Of a stretch of 64,000 nucleotides of DNA, positions 35,361 through 48,500 are shown piece by piece; the first letter of the stretch is position 1; every line of letters starts with the position of its first letter. The DNA lies in NCBI GenBank assembly GCA_965644265.1, contig OZ286459.1, forward strand, positions 88,226,001 through 88,290,000, given 5' to 3'. Under the pieces are notes generated by a model. The model was not told the DNA's origin. It made no database searches and saw only the letters and a program-made list of their open reading frames with translations. A program made the translations under genes and the position numbers. This stretch comes from Glycera tridactyla (lineage: Eukaryota).

Positions 35361-38300
35361 TACTACAACATAGTATTTATGCTATGCGTGGCTAAAATGA
35401 AGGTAGTGTGCTGTGTTAGGCCAGGGTGCCATACGTCTACTTAATGTTGATGAATAATTCATGAGCTTTATTAGCCCAATTACGTGCAATTTACTTGCCC
35501 GACATCCTGCCGTCAATGGTATATGCTTATCATGGTGTTGAGGAACATGAATAGCCATGCGTCACAACCAGTTTGTTAACTCTTTCACTGTTCGATCAAG
35601 CTATCCTTTATCGAGTGTCTCCCATCACCTGGGGAGAAATAGAACACAACCGCCGGATTTTTAAAAAAAACATAAAATATCAAATATCATCTTTATATTC
35701 ATCAACCTTCAATGCCAATCCGTGAATACTAGAAAAAAGGGGGCAGGAGTCTTTGTTTAGTTGGGAGTATAACGGTCTAGCATCGGCAGGTTCAAGCAAT
35801 CCTACACCACAGTGAGTTGATTTGGAATGAGCAGTAATGGTTGACCAAATTTTTGGGCTACTTCTCGATGGGGCGCTCCTGCATGGAGCAGGGTGCATTT
35901 TGAAAACCCCATTTATTTCCATTATGGTCTCATGAGATTGATCAGCCTTGACTGCAGATAATTCGAGTGGAATCAAACATCACGGGTACGGTCGTGAAAA
36001 TGTTTGCCAAACCCAGACTGTACATGCATCTAACACAGCCGGATATGATCATGAAAATGTATCATCATGAATCTTTGGACAGGTTGTACAGGCATTAAAT
36101 GTGATTTTTATTCTTCAGATTCACCAGAGAGGTCCCCGGCAGCAGGTGAAAGCCACCTTTCGTCATGAAATATTGTATAACATTTGCGGAGGTTTAATGG
36201 AAATTGTCGGATCTTCAAATAACATTCCTAGCAAGGCCTGTACAAAAATGAGTCCTACTATTCTTCGCAGGGTACATTCGGCTTATGATAGAGTAGAGTA
36301 AGATCGCTGCAAGTGCTACGACTACCTAGAGCATGGTACTCATTCATAGATGGGTGGTGTATACAAGCAGATACGTATGCGCTATAGTGTAGATAGGCTA
36401 ATAATAGTAGATGTATGGTTTTATGCACAGCTAGGTTGAGGTCCATGGTAGTGTGAGGGATATCTCCGCATATATTTGATTCCAGTTTATTGTTCGTCTT
36501 CAGGATGGCATGTCTCCCTCGTGAGAATATTAGATAATATGTAAGATTACGTGCGTGGAATTGATACCCTCCCCAGCTGGGTGGAGTGAAGTGGTAGAAT
36601 TTCTGAGGAAGTGCTACACAGAACTGCCTTCTGTAGAAGGGCGAATCTGTGTGAAAATGTAGATCGGGTATTGAATTTTCAAAATATGGTACCCGTTCAT
36701 TGTGGAGTGATGGAATACAGAGGTACTTTCACACAGAGGTGTATTCTTCATGAGAATAATGTAGTAGTTTAATAATAAAGAGAGGTATCGAATGGGCGAT
36801 CTGGTCACCGTGTTTTGCAGGACTTCTGCTCGCAGTTAACTAACAAAGCCGGAGTGTGGAGCATCAGAGTCACTGCCATATATCATGTTCCACACCACGA
36901 GCACATCTGCGAGTTTATTTATGGCTTCCTGCTGCTCAGTGTGATACTAGGATGAGTTATGTCCTCTGTGGTAGTCATATGTTCACACTCCTAAAAAGGC
37001 CGACGAGCATATGTCGAGTTGAATTTTTGTCAGTCGGCTGGCAAGCGAATGCCATATATAATTCACCATGGTGAGATGTACAAAGCTAAAAATAGCCTTG
37101 TTCAGTTGTATCTTCCTGCCACTTGTTAACCAACCTCTTTTATCAAGACAAAGAGGATCGCTGGACCACAGATCGCAATTTTTTTCGGATGGGAACTGCA
37201 GCTTTGGCATACGCCAAAGGTTGAAATCCAAGCATCAGTTTTGTATGACTTCAATCCGATTGAATCGGTATGTTCTGGCTTCCTAGGTAAGATTGGGATT
37301 TTTGCACACAGGATAGGGCCAAGGGCCAGTCATGAATGATATATCAGTTTAATTGGCCCATTTGTACCTATCTAAATCTCGCTAGAATGGCCAGACCAGT
37401 GCGTAATCAAAGCAACCACAGAAGACAGGGACAACATATAACCGGATATAAACGGAATTCCATGTACATTGCGACCCTACTTTTTGTTGCAGCAAGGTTT
37501 TCACCGACATGACATATATCATGTTCTGCTCTCATTACATGAAATTGGACATTCAGAACCCATACGTTTTGGCGGGATTTTGACCTTGGTTGGTCACCCT
37601 CAAAAGCGTTTCCAGATTTTAGTTAATATATTCTGACATACTTTGATGCTACGGACTCCAGGTTGCTGAATACCTATAAAATGCCATTAAATCACTTCTA
37701 ATCTGCTGCATTGCTCAATTATTTGTTCGCTTTTCTGTTTATTCGTTCAACTCTTTCTAAACCAGTAACACTGTCACAGGTGGTAGGGTTTTAAACTTTG
37801 CAGTACTGCTGTCAGCTATTCTTGTGTGAGACATCTGATCTTGGTTGGATGCAACCCTCTATCTGTGAATATATCTGTGAATCAATCTGAACGGTCCGCT
37901 CCTGCAGTTCAATGTGTGTATACTGAGGAAGTCGATTACCGTAGCCCGTTCATGAGTCAGAGAAATGTCACTGCAACCTTAGGACCATTGACTTCAGATG
38001 CTCTATAGGTATTCTCACCATCACCCAGCTCGGGCGGTGTTTACCTCATGTCTGCATGGGTGGATGACCTCCCATGTAGTCTGTGACCTCGGTGTGGCTA
38101 TAGATCGCACAGGCTAGCTATCACACCTCTCTCACGTCCACAAACCCCATGACTAACTGCAATAGCAGAATACTATATCCCAGGTATTAGATCAGTAGAC
38201 ATTCCCGTTCCCAAATAACATCTGTTCTGAGGAGCCAACTGTGAACCCTTTAATCGGTTGCTGGTTGGAACAGATTCGACTGTAGAGTCTGACTGATGGT

Positions 38301-38626
38301 GATTAAAGTGGTTGTAACGGAGATGTCAATGCTAGAGATAGTAATTTAAGTGATGGTGATTGTAATAGTGTTGATGGTGTGCTAATAATGGTGGCGATGA
38401 CGATGTTGCTGGCTAGGTGGTAGTGGTGTTGATATTGCTAGCTGGAGTGGTGATGGTTTCTATACACTATACCTGGGGCTTTGACACAGTTTCTCAGTCA
38501 AATGTGTTTTGTGTTCTATTGCCACGGATACGGGCGTCATAAGAAATCATTTGCTTGATGGTTTCCAACGACAAAAGCTTTGCGATGCATCAGAGGGAAC
38601 ACTAAGTTATTATGACAATCCCACTT

Positions 38627-38781
38627 TGACGTCATTGATGCGGTTGAAAAATAACACGAGTGTGAATATATGACGGAACAGAGCTGCTCATCTCTCACTT
38701 TAGTGACGTCATGGTGTGAAACATTGCTAGCGTGAATATATGACAGAACCCGGCTTCTCATCTCTCACCTTGGTGACGTCA
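38627..38781. promoter_or_regulatory. Three perfect CRE palindromes (TGACGTCA) in a ~70-77-bp duplication
   Basis: TGACGTCA at 38627, 38704 and 38774. Flanking TGAATATATGAC...CTCATCTCTCAC is duplicated. Function not demonstrated. Confidence 0.4.
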
Positions 38782-39747
38782 TATTGCTGGAAATGTATGA
38801 GTCTCTGTTGCGATCTGTGAACGTATTGACTCTGCATATTACGCCCCTCTCTCTCTTTTTTCTCTCCCTTTCTCTCTCACTCTCTATCTTTCGCTTCATT
38901 GCTCCCTTGTCATCTATTTGCCTGCCTTCCCATNNNNNNNNNNNNNNNNNNNNNNNNNNNNNNNNNNNNNNNNNNNNNNNNNNNNNNNNNNNNNNNNNNN
39001 NNNNNNNNNNNNNNNNNNNNNNNNNNNNNNNNNNNNNNNNNNNNNNNNNNNNNNNNNNNNNNNNNNNNNNNNNNNNNNNNNNNNNNNNNNNNNNNNNNNN
39101 NNNNNNNNNNNNNNNNNNNNNNNNNNNNNNNNNNNNNNNNNNNNNNNNNNNNNNNNNNNNNNNNNNNNNNNNNNNNNNNNNNNNNNNNNNNNNNNNNNNN
39201 NNNNNNNNNNNNNNNNNNNNNNNNNNNNNNNNNNNNNNNNNNNNNNNNNNNNNNNNNNNNNNNNNNNNNNNNNNNNNNNNNNNNNNNNNNNNNNNNNNNN
39301 NNNNNNNNNNNNNNNNNNNNNNNNNNNNNNNNNNNNNNNNNNNNNNNNNNNNNNNNNNNNNNNNNNNNNNNNNNNNNNNNNNNNNNNNNNNNNNNNNNNN
39401 NNNNNNNNNNNNNNNNNNNNNNNNGTTTGTCTATCTGTGTATCTGTCTGTACGTCTGTTCATTTATCCACCTGTCAGTTCTGAAAGCCTTGTTATACACA
39501 TGAACATATTCATGACACTTCCTTCATGCATGGAATTCCAAACTTCCCCAGAGAAAACGCTCAAACAGATAAGCGAGTGGCCCATCATCCATTCTCTTCG
39601 TATTTTTGTCTGCTATAGGCTCTCCTTTTTTGAAGCAATGAGATTCCGTCTTTCATGCCGAGATCGGATTATTGCATTGTGTCTGAGATATGGTGATTAT
39701 CGGTATGCTAATATTTATTCCTTTCTTTATTTTTGCTGTGTTTGCAG

Positions 39748-39876
39748 CATGTAAAGATATCAACAATGGATGTCGGCGACTGGGGCGGAGTCGGCCAGCC
39801 TCCCGATGCTACCGACGACACACCATCAGCAGATGCTGTGAAACATGCCAGAAACTCCGCAACGACCTCGCACCAA
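39748..39876 (+). CDS. Internal host exon encoding a six-cysteine PLAC/ShK-like module
   Basis: Pyrimidine-rich acceptor ...TTTGCAG and donor GTAAGA; 129 nt, symmetric phase 1-1. Translation CKDINNGCRRLGRSRPASRCYRRHTISRCCETCQKLRNDLAP, with C-x-D...C...C...CC-x-TC spacing. Confidence 0.78.
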
Positions 39877-41079
39877 GTAAGATAAGATATATCTGTCTGT
39901 CTGTCTGTCTGTCTGTCCGTCCCGTCCGTCCATCTGTCTGTCTGTCTGTCTATCAATCTTTCTTTCTTTCTGTATATCCTTCTATCCATGCATTCATCTA
40001 CAATAAGAATAGTAGTAATGATAATAATGATAGTAATGATGATAATAATAATAATAATAATAGTGATGATAGAGATGATGAATAGTTATCATCATTGTCA
40101 TAATCAAAGATCTTTCTATAGGTGCTAACTGAGGCGGAGTGGGTGTTAATTATGATACATGGATAGGTGTTATTGACCAATAATCACAAAGTAACATAGA
40201 ACGTAAAGGTGTAGTCTGTCGATGTAGCTCAAAACACTCCAATAACCAGATAATTGGGATAGTGATGCTCTATAATTTCACTTCCATGTGTGTGTTTACC
40301 CTCAGGTCTGCGCTAATGCATATACTCAAGCCTCTCCTATCATCGTTCTATTCATCATTGCTATTATCATGAAAAGTGGAGAAGGTGTCAGACAGGATAT
40401 GTAATGGATGTGACTATTCCCTTTCCTCACTATGATCTACTCCACCATTTCTGACCTCATGAGAATGGGTCAGCACTGCCAGTGCAAACTCATCTATACT
40501 CATTAATCCTTGGCCAAGCTGTCGCCACAGGGTGATGCATCAATTTAGCAGGCGTTAGCCAAATATTGCCCTGGGGCTGCATGCAATTTATTCCAACTAA
40601 AATATTGATTTCACCATCATATAGAATTATCGCTTGGATTATTTCTAGCAACAACGTGACGCTGTTCTGACGCCCAACTTTCTAGATGTATGAGCCATTT
40701 TACCTGGCTATTCAGCGCCTGAACGAGAGTGATACATCTAGTATGACATCATTTGTTGCTTTCTTCAATAGCCTTCATACCTCTCTCCTCTCATCCCTGC
40801 CCACCAGATTCATTTCAATGCATATCCAGCTCACCTTAATTCGATTATGCCCATATCCTTCGTACCGAAACGGTTCTCGAATATAATCTCACGTTGCTTA
40901 CCCATGGGAAGCAATAAGAAAGGGCTTATGAGGGCTTTTGGATATCTATAACATAATAAAAGTGACGGTGTCACCAACGAGCCTATTGAATACAATCATG
41001 ATTAGGGAGCTAATGCCAACATCATTGGTAGTAGCGAAACCACGATGATACTGATGATAATAGTGGTAATGTTTGAGGT

Positions 41080-41269
41080 ATGATAGCAGTAATAGCAGTG
41101 ACGGCACCAGCAGCATTGCAACAGTAGCGCAGTAGCAGAAGTAGTAGTAGTAGTAGTAGTAGTCGTAGTAGTAGTATAGTGGTAGTAGTAGTAGTAATAT
41201 TAGTAGTAGTAATAGTAGTAGTAATATTAGTAGTAATATTAGTAGTAGAAGTAGTGGTAGTGGTAGTAA

Positions 41270-41304
<35 letters not shown>

Positions 41305-41393
41305 TAGTAGTAGTAGTAGTAATATTAGTAGTAGTAATAGTAGTAGTAATATTAGTAGTGATATTAGTAGTAGAAGTAGTGGTAGTGGCAGTA

Positions 41394-41439
<46 letters not shown>

Positions 41440-41485
41440 TAGTAGTGGTAGTAGAAGTAGTAGTAGTAGTGTTAGTAGTAGTAGC

Positions 41486-41517
<32 letters not shown>

Positions 41518-41560
41518 GAGGAGGAGGAGGAGGAGGAGGAGGAGGAGGAGGAGGAACGAT
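41080..41560. repeat. Compound (TAG)n/(GGA)n microsatellite
   Basis: Imperfect GTA/TAG triplets 41080-41516, then GGA triplets to ~41555. This explains the low-complexity ORFs in the track. Confidence 0.97.
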
Positions 41561-44500
41561 AATATCAGCAACTATCATAAGAACGGTAATAACGATGATG
41601 ATAATTCTCGAAATGTTAACGATAGTCACTATTGTCATCATTAGCATCATCTTGATTGTCATCATCATCATCATGATCATTATTGATATCTAATAGTCAT
41701 TATCTCTATCGTCATCATGATACCAATATCAAAAATGATGATGATGATGATGATTTTGCTGCTTCGGTGTCGGAAATGGGTCTGGTATGGGTTGCTTCAT
41801 CATAATAAGCAGGACGGTGACTCCGTTCAATATTTGAAATTTTATGTTGAGGTACCTCATAGTTATGTGTCAATCTCACTCATTGTGGTATGTTTCGAGT
41901 GCAAGCTATCCACAGAGGTGGTTTCACCGTATAATCAAACTAATTATAGACTGACTGACGTAGCCCTCACCCGAACGAGACAGTTGTCACAGAAATTATC
42001 TTCAATATTAGCTTTTATAATTAGACAAGACAGTCGCCATCCAACCTGTCACACGCGCTTTGTGTCCCATTTAGCCGGCAAGCTAATATGCATATCTATA
42101 TCACGGTGGGTCAGATTCTCTGGGATCGCAACGTAGGCAATCGAGTGAGTGAAGGAGTACGACAAGGTGCACACACTTTCGTGAAACAACCCTTCCGTCT
42201 GCTCGTCGGGTAAATCACGCACTCACGAGATGTCGCTTCTTTTATCTCACCAGCTGGCGCCTGTCACAAAGTCTGATGTGTATTTCAATAATTAGAAGTT
42301 TTCTCTCTCACCCAAGTCACGACATAGACTTGAGAAATGTCAGGAACGGTGCGTGTAATCATATCTAGCCGTTGTGAATGTTCACAATGTCTGAAAATGG
42401 ATCTAATAAAAAACAGAGTTAATGCTAAACTGATTAGCTGAGAAAAAGTTCAAGCAGATTATTCATCTTTGATGATGCTATTCTGAAAGCCTGAAGGTAT
42501 TCGATATTCAATTTGATTTTTGTCGGGATCACCCATGTTCGTATTTCAGATTGCATTCGAATCTAGTGGGTTTATGGACGATGTGAACCTCGGCGTGGGC
42601 GTGGGCAGCGATGGTGATTCTCCTCCTGACTCCAGTCTTGCTTGTGTCTTAAAGCCTGTTCCAATTTGAACTTCAACTCACAGTTACTGAGGCAATCGGT
42701 GCCTGCCTCACAACTTATGGATGTGACTTCAACATTCATCCTGTCATTCTAAAATCACCGCGGATACTCCGTGAATAGGATTGACAAGGCAGGGTCGCAG
42801 AAACAACATATTTCTCACAGAAAATTAATCAGACAATTCGAGACTGAAGACATTGTGTTATCGATTGCGATTTGTCAACAGTCACCTATATACTATTTGG
42901 TTTCGGTTCGAGATGGATACGAGGTGATTCGAATATGTTATAAACTCGAACACCTCTTCATCATGTACGTTTTCTGAGTTGTGGAAGGGACTGAAATGTG
43001 CCCCTGATACATTCCCCTAAAATAAAGATAATGAAACATTATGAAGCCCGGCATGTATCTACTCGACATACCACTACCATGGACTGCAAACGAACCAGGC
43101 GAAACCAATCATGTCTATATCCTTGAGTATGGCATGGGGTAAGGACAAGAATAACTCTGAAATATATATTCGATCACAAAACCTAAACGTGATTCATAGC
43201 TCAGTGTGACCAAGTACAGTGTAAATTCTTTGAAGTGTTTGTGTACAAAAAGATGCAAGAGCATCCTCACTTATCATGGAAACAAGGCCGAATGAGCTTC
43301 TGTGTCATCATTCAAGAAAGCTGATTCTGAGTGAAATGGCACCCAGACTGCGTTTACTTTTGAATTCGGAAGTTGGGTTTGATTTTCAATAATTTAATCA
43401 AAAGCAAGACGCTATCGAATGCGAATGGACAGCGTAAAAACTAGTCATTTGAGATATTTCAAATGGATGATGGTGAAGCTGTTTTTTTTCAGGAGAATTA
43501 TGCATCAGCAGTGCAGGCAAGTTTGGACTCGCTTCGTTGTCTAAATATAGCAAATCTTATTGGCGCCTGTAGCTGTGTTCAGCCTGGGATGCGCGTACAA
43601 TTCGATACCTTGTGGTCTGCGCAAATGCAATCATAGGCTGATGTATCATTTTGATATAAGACATCCGAGCTGCGTGGTTTGGTTATTGTAATATATCTCG
43701 CCGTATTACATGCTTCATGGCCCACTTGTGGAGATTGAGGCCAGGCAATCGCTGCCCTCCCTCCAACAATCTCCCATTGACATCATAATGAATATCTATG
43801 GGAACAGCAACCCCCCCCCCCCTCGCCTGTCACATTTTTTCACTCTACCATGAGAATATTATCTAGAGGCCTTCATCTCAAGAAGACCAGGGAACGTAGA
43901 TTGATAACTTATGAATTCCATATATATGTTCGTCATCATTCTTGATTTACACATTTCTCACTTGGCAGGCCTCTCCATGCCCCTGCTCCTGTATTTCACC
44001 ATACCCTTCCCGCAGCCTTGTTCCATCTCAAGCCTATACATTCCCACCTTGATTATGTCATAGGCTATATCTGACCCCAGGCTCCATGTTCACATCTTGA
44101 TCGATATCCAGTCCTCTTTGAGCGAGCCTGCAGAATCACAATCTATCAGATAGACTTATTCCTACCCGAAAATCTTCAGCTATATATCTTCTCAGGCAAA
44201 TCCATGTATGTTCTTCAGCAATCTTGTTCTTGCTCCAGATCCAGACTCCCCACATATGTTCATAATTAGGCTTGTCCCTGATCCAGAATATTATAACTTG
44301 TTACTGCTCCATTAGCAAAATCTTAAGCCGCATTCCCGTGGCAGACCTTTTCATGCTCCAGACCCTAAATTCGCACATTCCCTGGAAAGCGTGTGCCTAC
44401 CTGTGCCCCGAAATCCACAATATCATCACAGGCAAGTTTGGTCCTTCCTCCAATCCTATACATGTAGTCCCTGGCTGGGTGGTCAACGCGCCATTTTCTG

Positions 44501-45348
44501 GATCTATGCATATATTCCAAGATATGTTTCTTCCTGATCAAGCATCTGGATCTACATTTGTATTTTCCCACAGTATTGTTTTGGCCAGTGTTCAGGTTTA
44601 TACCTGTATTTCCCGGCAGGCTTGGTTTTGTTTCGTCCCGAACTCGAACTTGTACATAGCGGCAATCTTGATAAGTTGATATTGCTCCATTCTCGAGATA
44701 TACAATTATCCTCCTGGTGTACTTGCTCCTGTCTCCAGGCTCCAATCGACACCAGTATTACCCGGCAACTTGTTCCAGTTCCAGTCTTGACATCTATACA
44801 ATATTTCCGTCTTCACGCTCACTTCAGACCCAGCCTCTGAATTTACCACCACTGTCCAGGTCTGACAGATGCTGCTCCATCCAGTCTACACTAATATCTC
44901 TGGCAGGGTTCCTGAATCCACACCTATAGAATTTGGCTATTCAGTTATTCACGATTATGCAGTTGCTTCAGGGTGGTCCCAATTCGTGACACTCTGGAAG
45001 ATCCGGATATTCGTGACCGTCTGTGATAATATAGCCATGCTGTTTTCTATGTACTTCTGTCTCAGCAGGACATCTATTCACCCATTGGGTGAGCTACTGA
45101 GCCCATGTCTTATGAGGGAACTGAGAATAGGGTGCCCGCACCCCAACTGGCATTGATATAGTTTGCCTACTCCACCGCCTGTCTCTCCTTGTGGTATTCC
45201 ATATCTATCTTCCATGAAATAATCTGCCTCTATAAGGGCATTAACCGTGCCAGTGCACTATGAATCAGTATGATGGATGATAATAACTCTGTTGTTTTGT
45301 ACTGCGTGGTCACCGACCGTCCACACTACCTTCAGTATATTCACTCAG

Positions 45349-45524
45349 TTGCATTGGCTGCCTATACATTATACATTAGTGGCGGCCTGCATCCCCGCCA
45401 CGGAGCACTTTGTAGAGTGGTGGCTGTCCCTGGACTGGCGGCTCCAACAATGGCATGCGGCCTGAGTGATGTTCCTGCTGACATGGCTGGCCTTGTCTTA
45501 GCTCTTAGCAGGTGCAAGATAGAT
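45349..45524 (+). CDS. Candidate exon, product unknown
   Basis: Acceptor CACTCAG, donor GTAAGC, open frame VALAAYTLYISGG...LVLALSRCKID with a strong G bias at codon position 1. Locally GC-rich. No family recognised. Confidence 0.3.
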
Positions 45525-48500
45525 GTAAGCACCTCTCGCCCACACGGCCCAGCAACCATCTCTCCTCATCTATCCATCTCTCCCTGTTTCTAGGTATCTA
45601 TCTATCCTTGAGTAAGATCCATGCTGACATGGTCTGCCTTTTCTTGGAACACGTGAGCCTGTATCGCCCGTACAGCCATGACTTTTTCCNNNNNNNNNNN
45701 NNNNNNNNNNNNNNNNNNNNNNNNNNNNNNNNNNNNNNNNNNNNNNNNNNNNNNNNNNNNNNNNNNNNNNNNNNNNNNNNNNNNNNNNNNNNNNNNNNNN
45801 NNNNNNNNNNNNNNNNNNNNNNNNNNNNNNNNNNNNNNNNNNNNNNNNNNNNNNNNNNNNNNNNNNNNNNNNNNNNNNNNNNNNNNNNNNNNNNNNNNNN
45901 NNNNNNNNNNNNNNNNNNNNNNNNNNNNNNNNNNNNNNNNNNNNNNNNNNNNNNNNNNNNNNNNNNNNNNNNNNNNNNNNNNNNNNNNNNNNNNNNNNNN
46001 NNNNNNNNNNNNNNNNNNNNNNNNCATACATCCCTCTATTCATCCATTCATTCGTTCATTTATCTATCTATGTTTCCATCCACACATCTGCCCATTTATT
46101 CATCGATCTGTCAACTCATAAATTTATCCTTCAATCGATCAACTCATCTATATCCATTCATCTATCGCCTGTCCAGGTTGTAGACCTCTCATTTACAGCC
46201 AATTCAAGCAGCACTTTTAATCAGATCAGCCACAGACCGCAGTGGAGTGTGTTTTGGGATTAAATTGACTGAAGGGGATGATCCTTGACTCTTAGTTGAC
46301 CTCTGATGACGTGATAAGCAATTAGAGTTAATGGCATTTTGTATAATTGGGCTTCAATTGTTCGGTAAAGGTCAAAAGAGCATCCTCTCTGCCAGCCTTC
46401 TCTCTCATCTATTCATCGCAGTCCGACGCCTTTACAACGTCGTCAACATCGTTACCTTGCATGTTACGACGGACTTCAGAAAGTCTACATTTGTCACCGC
46501 ATTACCGTAGTAGAATGAACACGTGATCGGTGGCTGAAATACTGGGACTTGAAAATGGCAATGGGATTGCACAAGGTCGACATTTGAGACCTACAATAAG
46601 TATAAGCGTATGTCGACAAATGCGATGCCTCAATACTTCAGAATATGCTTGATGAAAACTTGAAGAGAAGAGCTTCCATTGATGACCTCGAAACGGCATC
46701 TTCCCTAGCATTATGACGATTCTATTTCATTGAATATTCATATGATTGAGAACGTTGATATATCTTCAGTGATAGTTAACGCTGTGGAGGTATTTTGCCA
46801 CGGAAGGGGGGGGGGGTGGCTACCTGACTCCGACATATGTTGTTCAGGAATGAGAATGGTGAGCAAGAGCAAGTATCCCAGGTCCTGGTTCATGGTGGAG
46901 ATAACTCATCGTGGGCGAGCCATCCACCCCATCCAACTACTGATATCGAGAAAAAATGATAAAACAGAAGCATGTTGAATATGCGTGCTCGATATCAGTG
47001 CTCAACAACATGGATACTAATTCGTGGCAAATATGTAATATTGGATACTGATACACCATCTCATCAAGATTTTGGTAGTCTGACCAATATTGAGCATATG
47101 AGATTAGGCGTTGAATATCCTCTTGTCAGTTTTTCGGGAATGCTCACTTGCTTTTCCACTGATCTGATCCTGAAATGATACTCGAGCAAAAGTTCGCATC
47201 AAATAACTGATCCTTTCATATAACGGACGAGCTTGAGGTGAACACTGCTACCATGCGAAGGTGTTCAGTCTTTCTTACGATATTTCAGTTTCATGTCCTA
47301 TCTACATAATTTTTAAATTGCGTCCCGTATACCTGTGATATGTTTCAATTGGGAGCATTGTCTGACGAAAATGATGATAATCATGATAACAACGATGACG
47401 GCGATGATTGAAACATACGCAGTCTGGTCGTCAATTCAACGATAGTATATTTCGTGCCATATGAAAAAACATGGATATGGCTTCATTTGACTTTAGTTAT
47501 GCAGGAAGATGCGGTTGTCTGGAATGCCCATTCTCCTCGTTTCCTGATGGAGCATGAACTTATGAGGATGTTTGGCTGTCTGTAACAGCAGATATGAACT
47601 CATAAATACTGCTGCTGTTTTATGAGCCAACCTAACTCTAATGGAAAACCATACAGGCACCTGATAAAATATGCACAGCTGAGTTATGCATAATAAATCC
47701 TCAATAAATCATCTACCTGGAGTGTTATATATATACTACTTCGCCCTCATGTGCAGGGAGATTTGGGTCCATTTCAATGGAGTGTGAGTGTACACAACAT
47801 GATGTATGTGCTCCCAATCACAATGGTTGTCTAAGAGAACCAGGATAATTTAGTGTACACATACATCCCTAATGAAACGCGCCACTCGTATCTCTCGGCT
47901 CTCACTATCACACACCTAGGCACGAATCCTTGTGTATATAAGCCATGAGATACTGAGGTGTAGCTCCCATAGGCACTGAAGTGATGCTTACACTTGAATG
48001 ACCACGTGCCATGGTCTGTTGATGCGGGGTTTTTCTATGATCAACGAAGCAGTGGTGGTCGGAAATCATATTATGATGTGTTATCTGAGGTTCGAGTAAT
48101 ATTTCTTCAGCTATAATCCCACTGGTATACTTATTTTTTGCTAACTTTCACTGGGATGGGCAAATTGCCACCACATGAAATGTGGTCAGTGATGCATCAG
48201 GACATTTGACTTACTAATTTGTTTTGATAGGCTACTATATAATTCACAGCACTATGTGTTATACAATTGTAATGTACCCTTCAACACTTATTAGTATCAG
48301 TCCAAATAAATTCTCAAGTACCTAAAACACAGATATATCATTGAAATGCATAGACAGTAATAAAGAAAATTTTTCACATGGAGCGATATGCATACTTTGC
48401 CAAATCCTATTGTCGTATCATAGTTCTGCGTATTGCAGAAATATCTTAGATTTGTAGCATGTAGTACGACTACAGGTTTTATTGCATTATGCTGATCGAT

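Noticed and set aside
35680-37290. Cluster of short ORFs that might be a decayed transposase
   Set aside because: No DDE or other family motif could be recognised in any frame I translated.
40946-41693. Poly-Leu/Thr/Val/Pro ORFs
   Set aside because: Translations of (TAG)n/(GGA)n/(CAT)n microsatellites.
43930-44900. Possible relic RT (LNTGQ..., LDQEETYLGI) on the minus strand
   Set aside because: The motifs need several frameshifts and no YxDD was found. It may be an old LINE remnant but cannot be supported as a feature.
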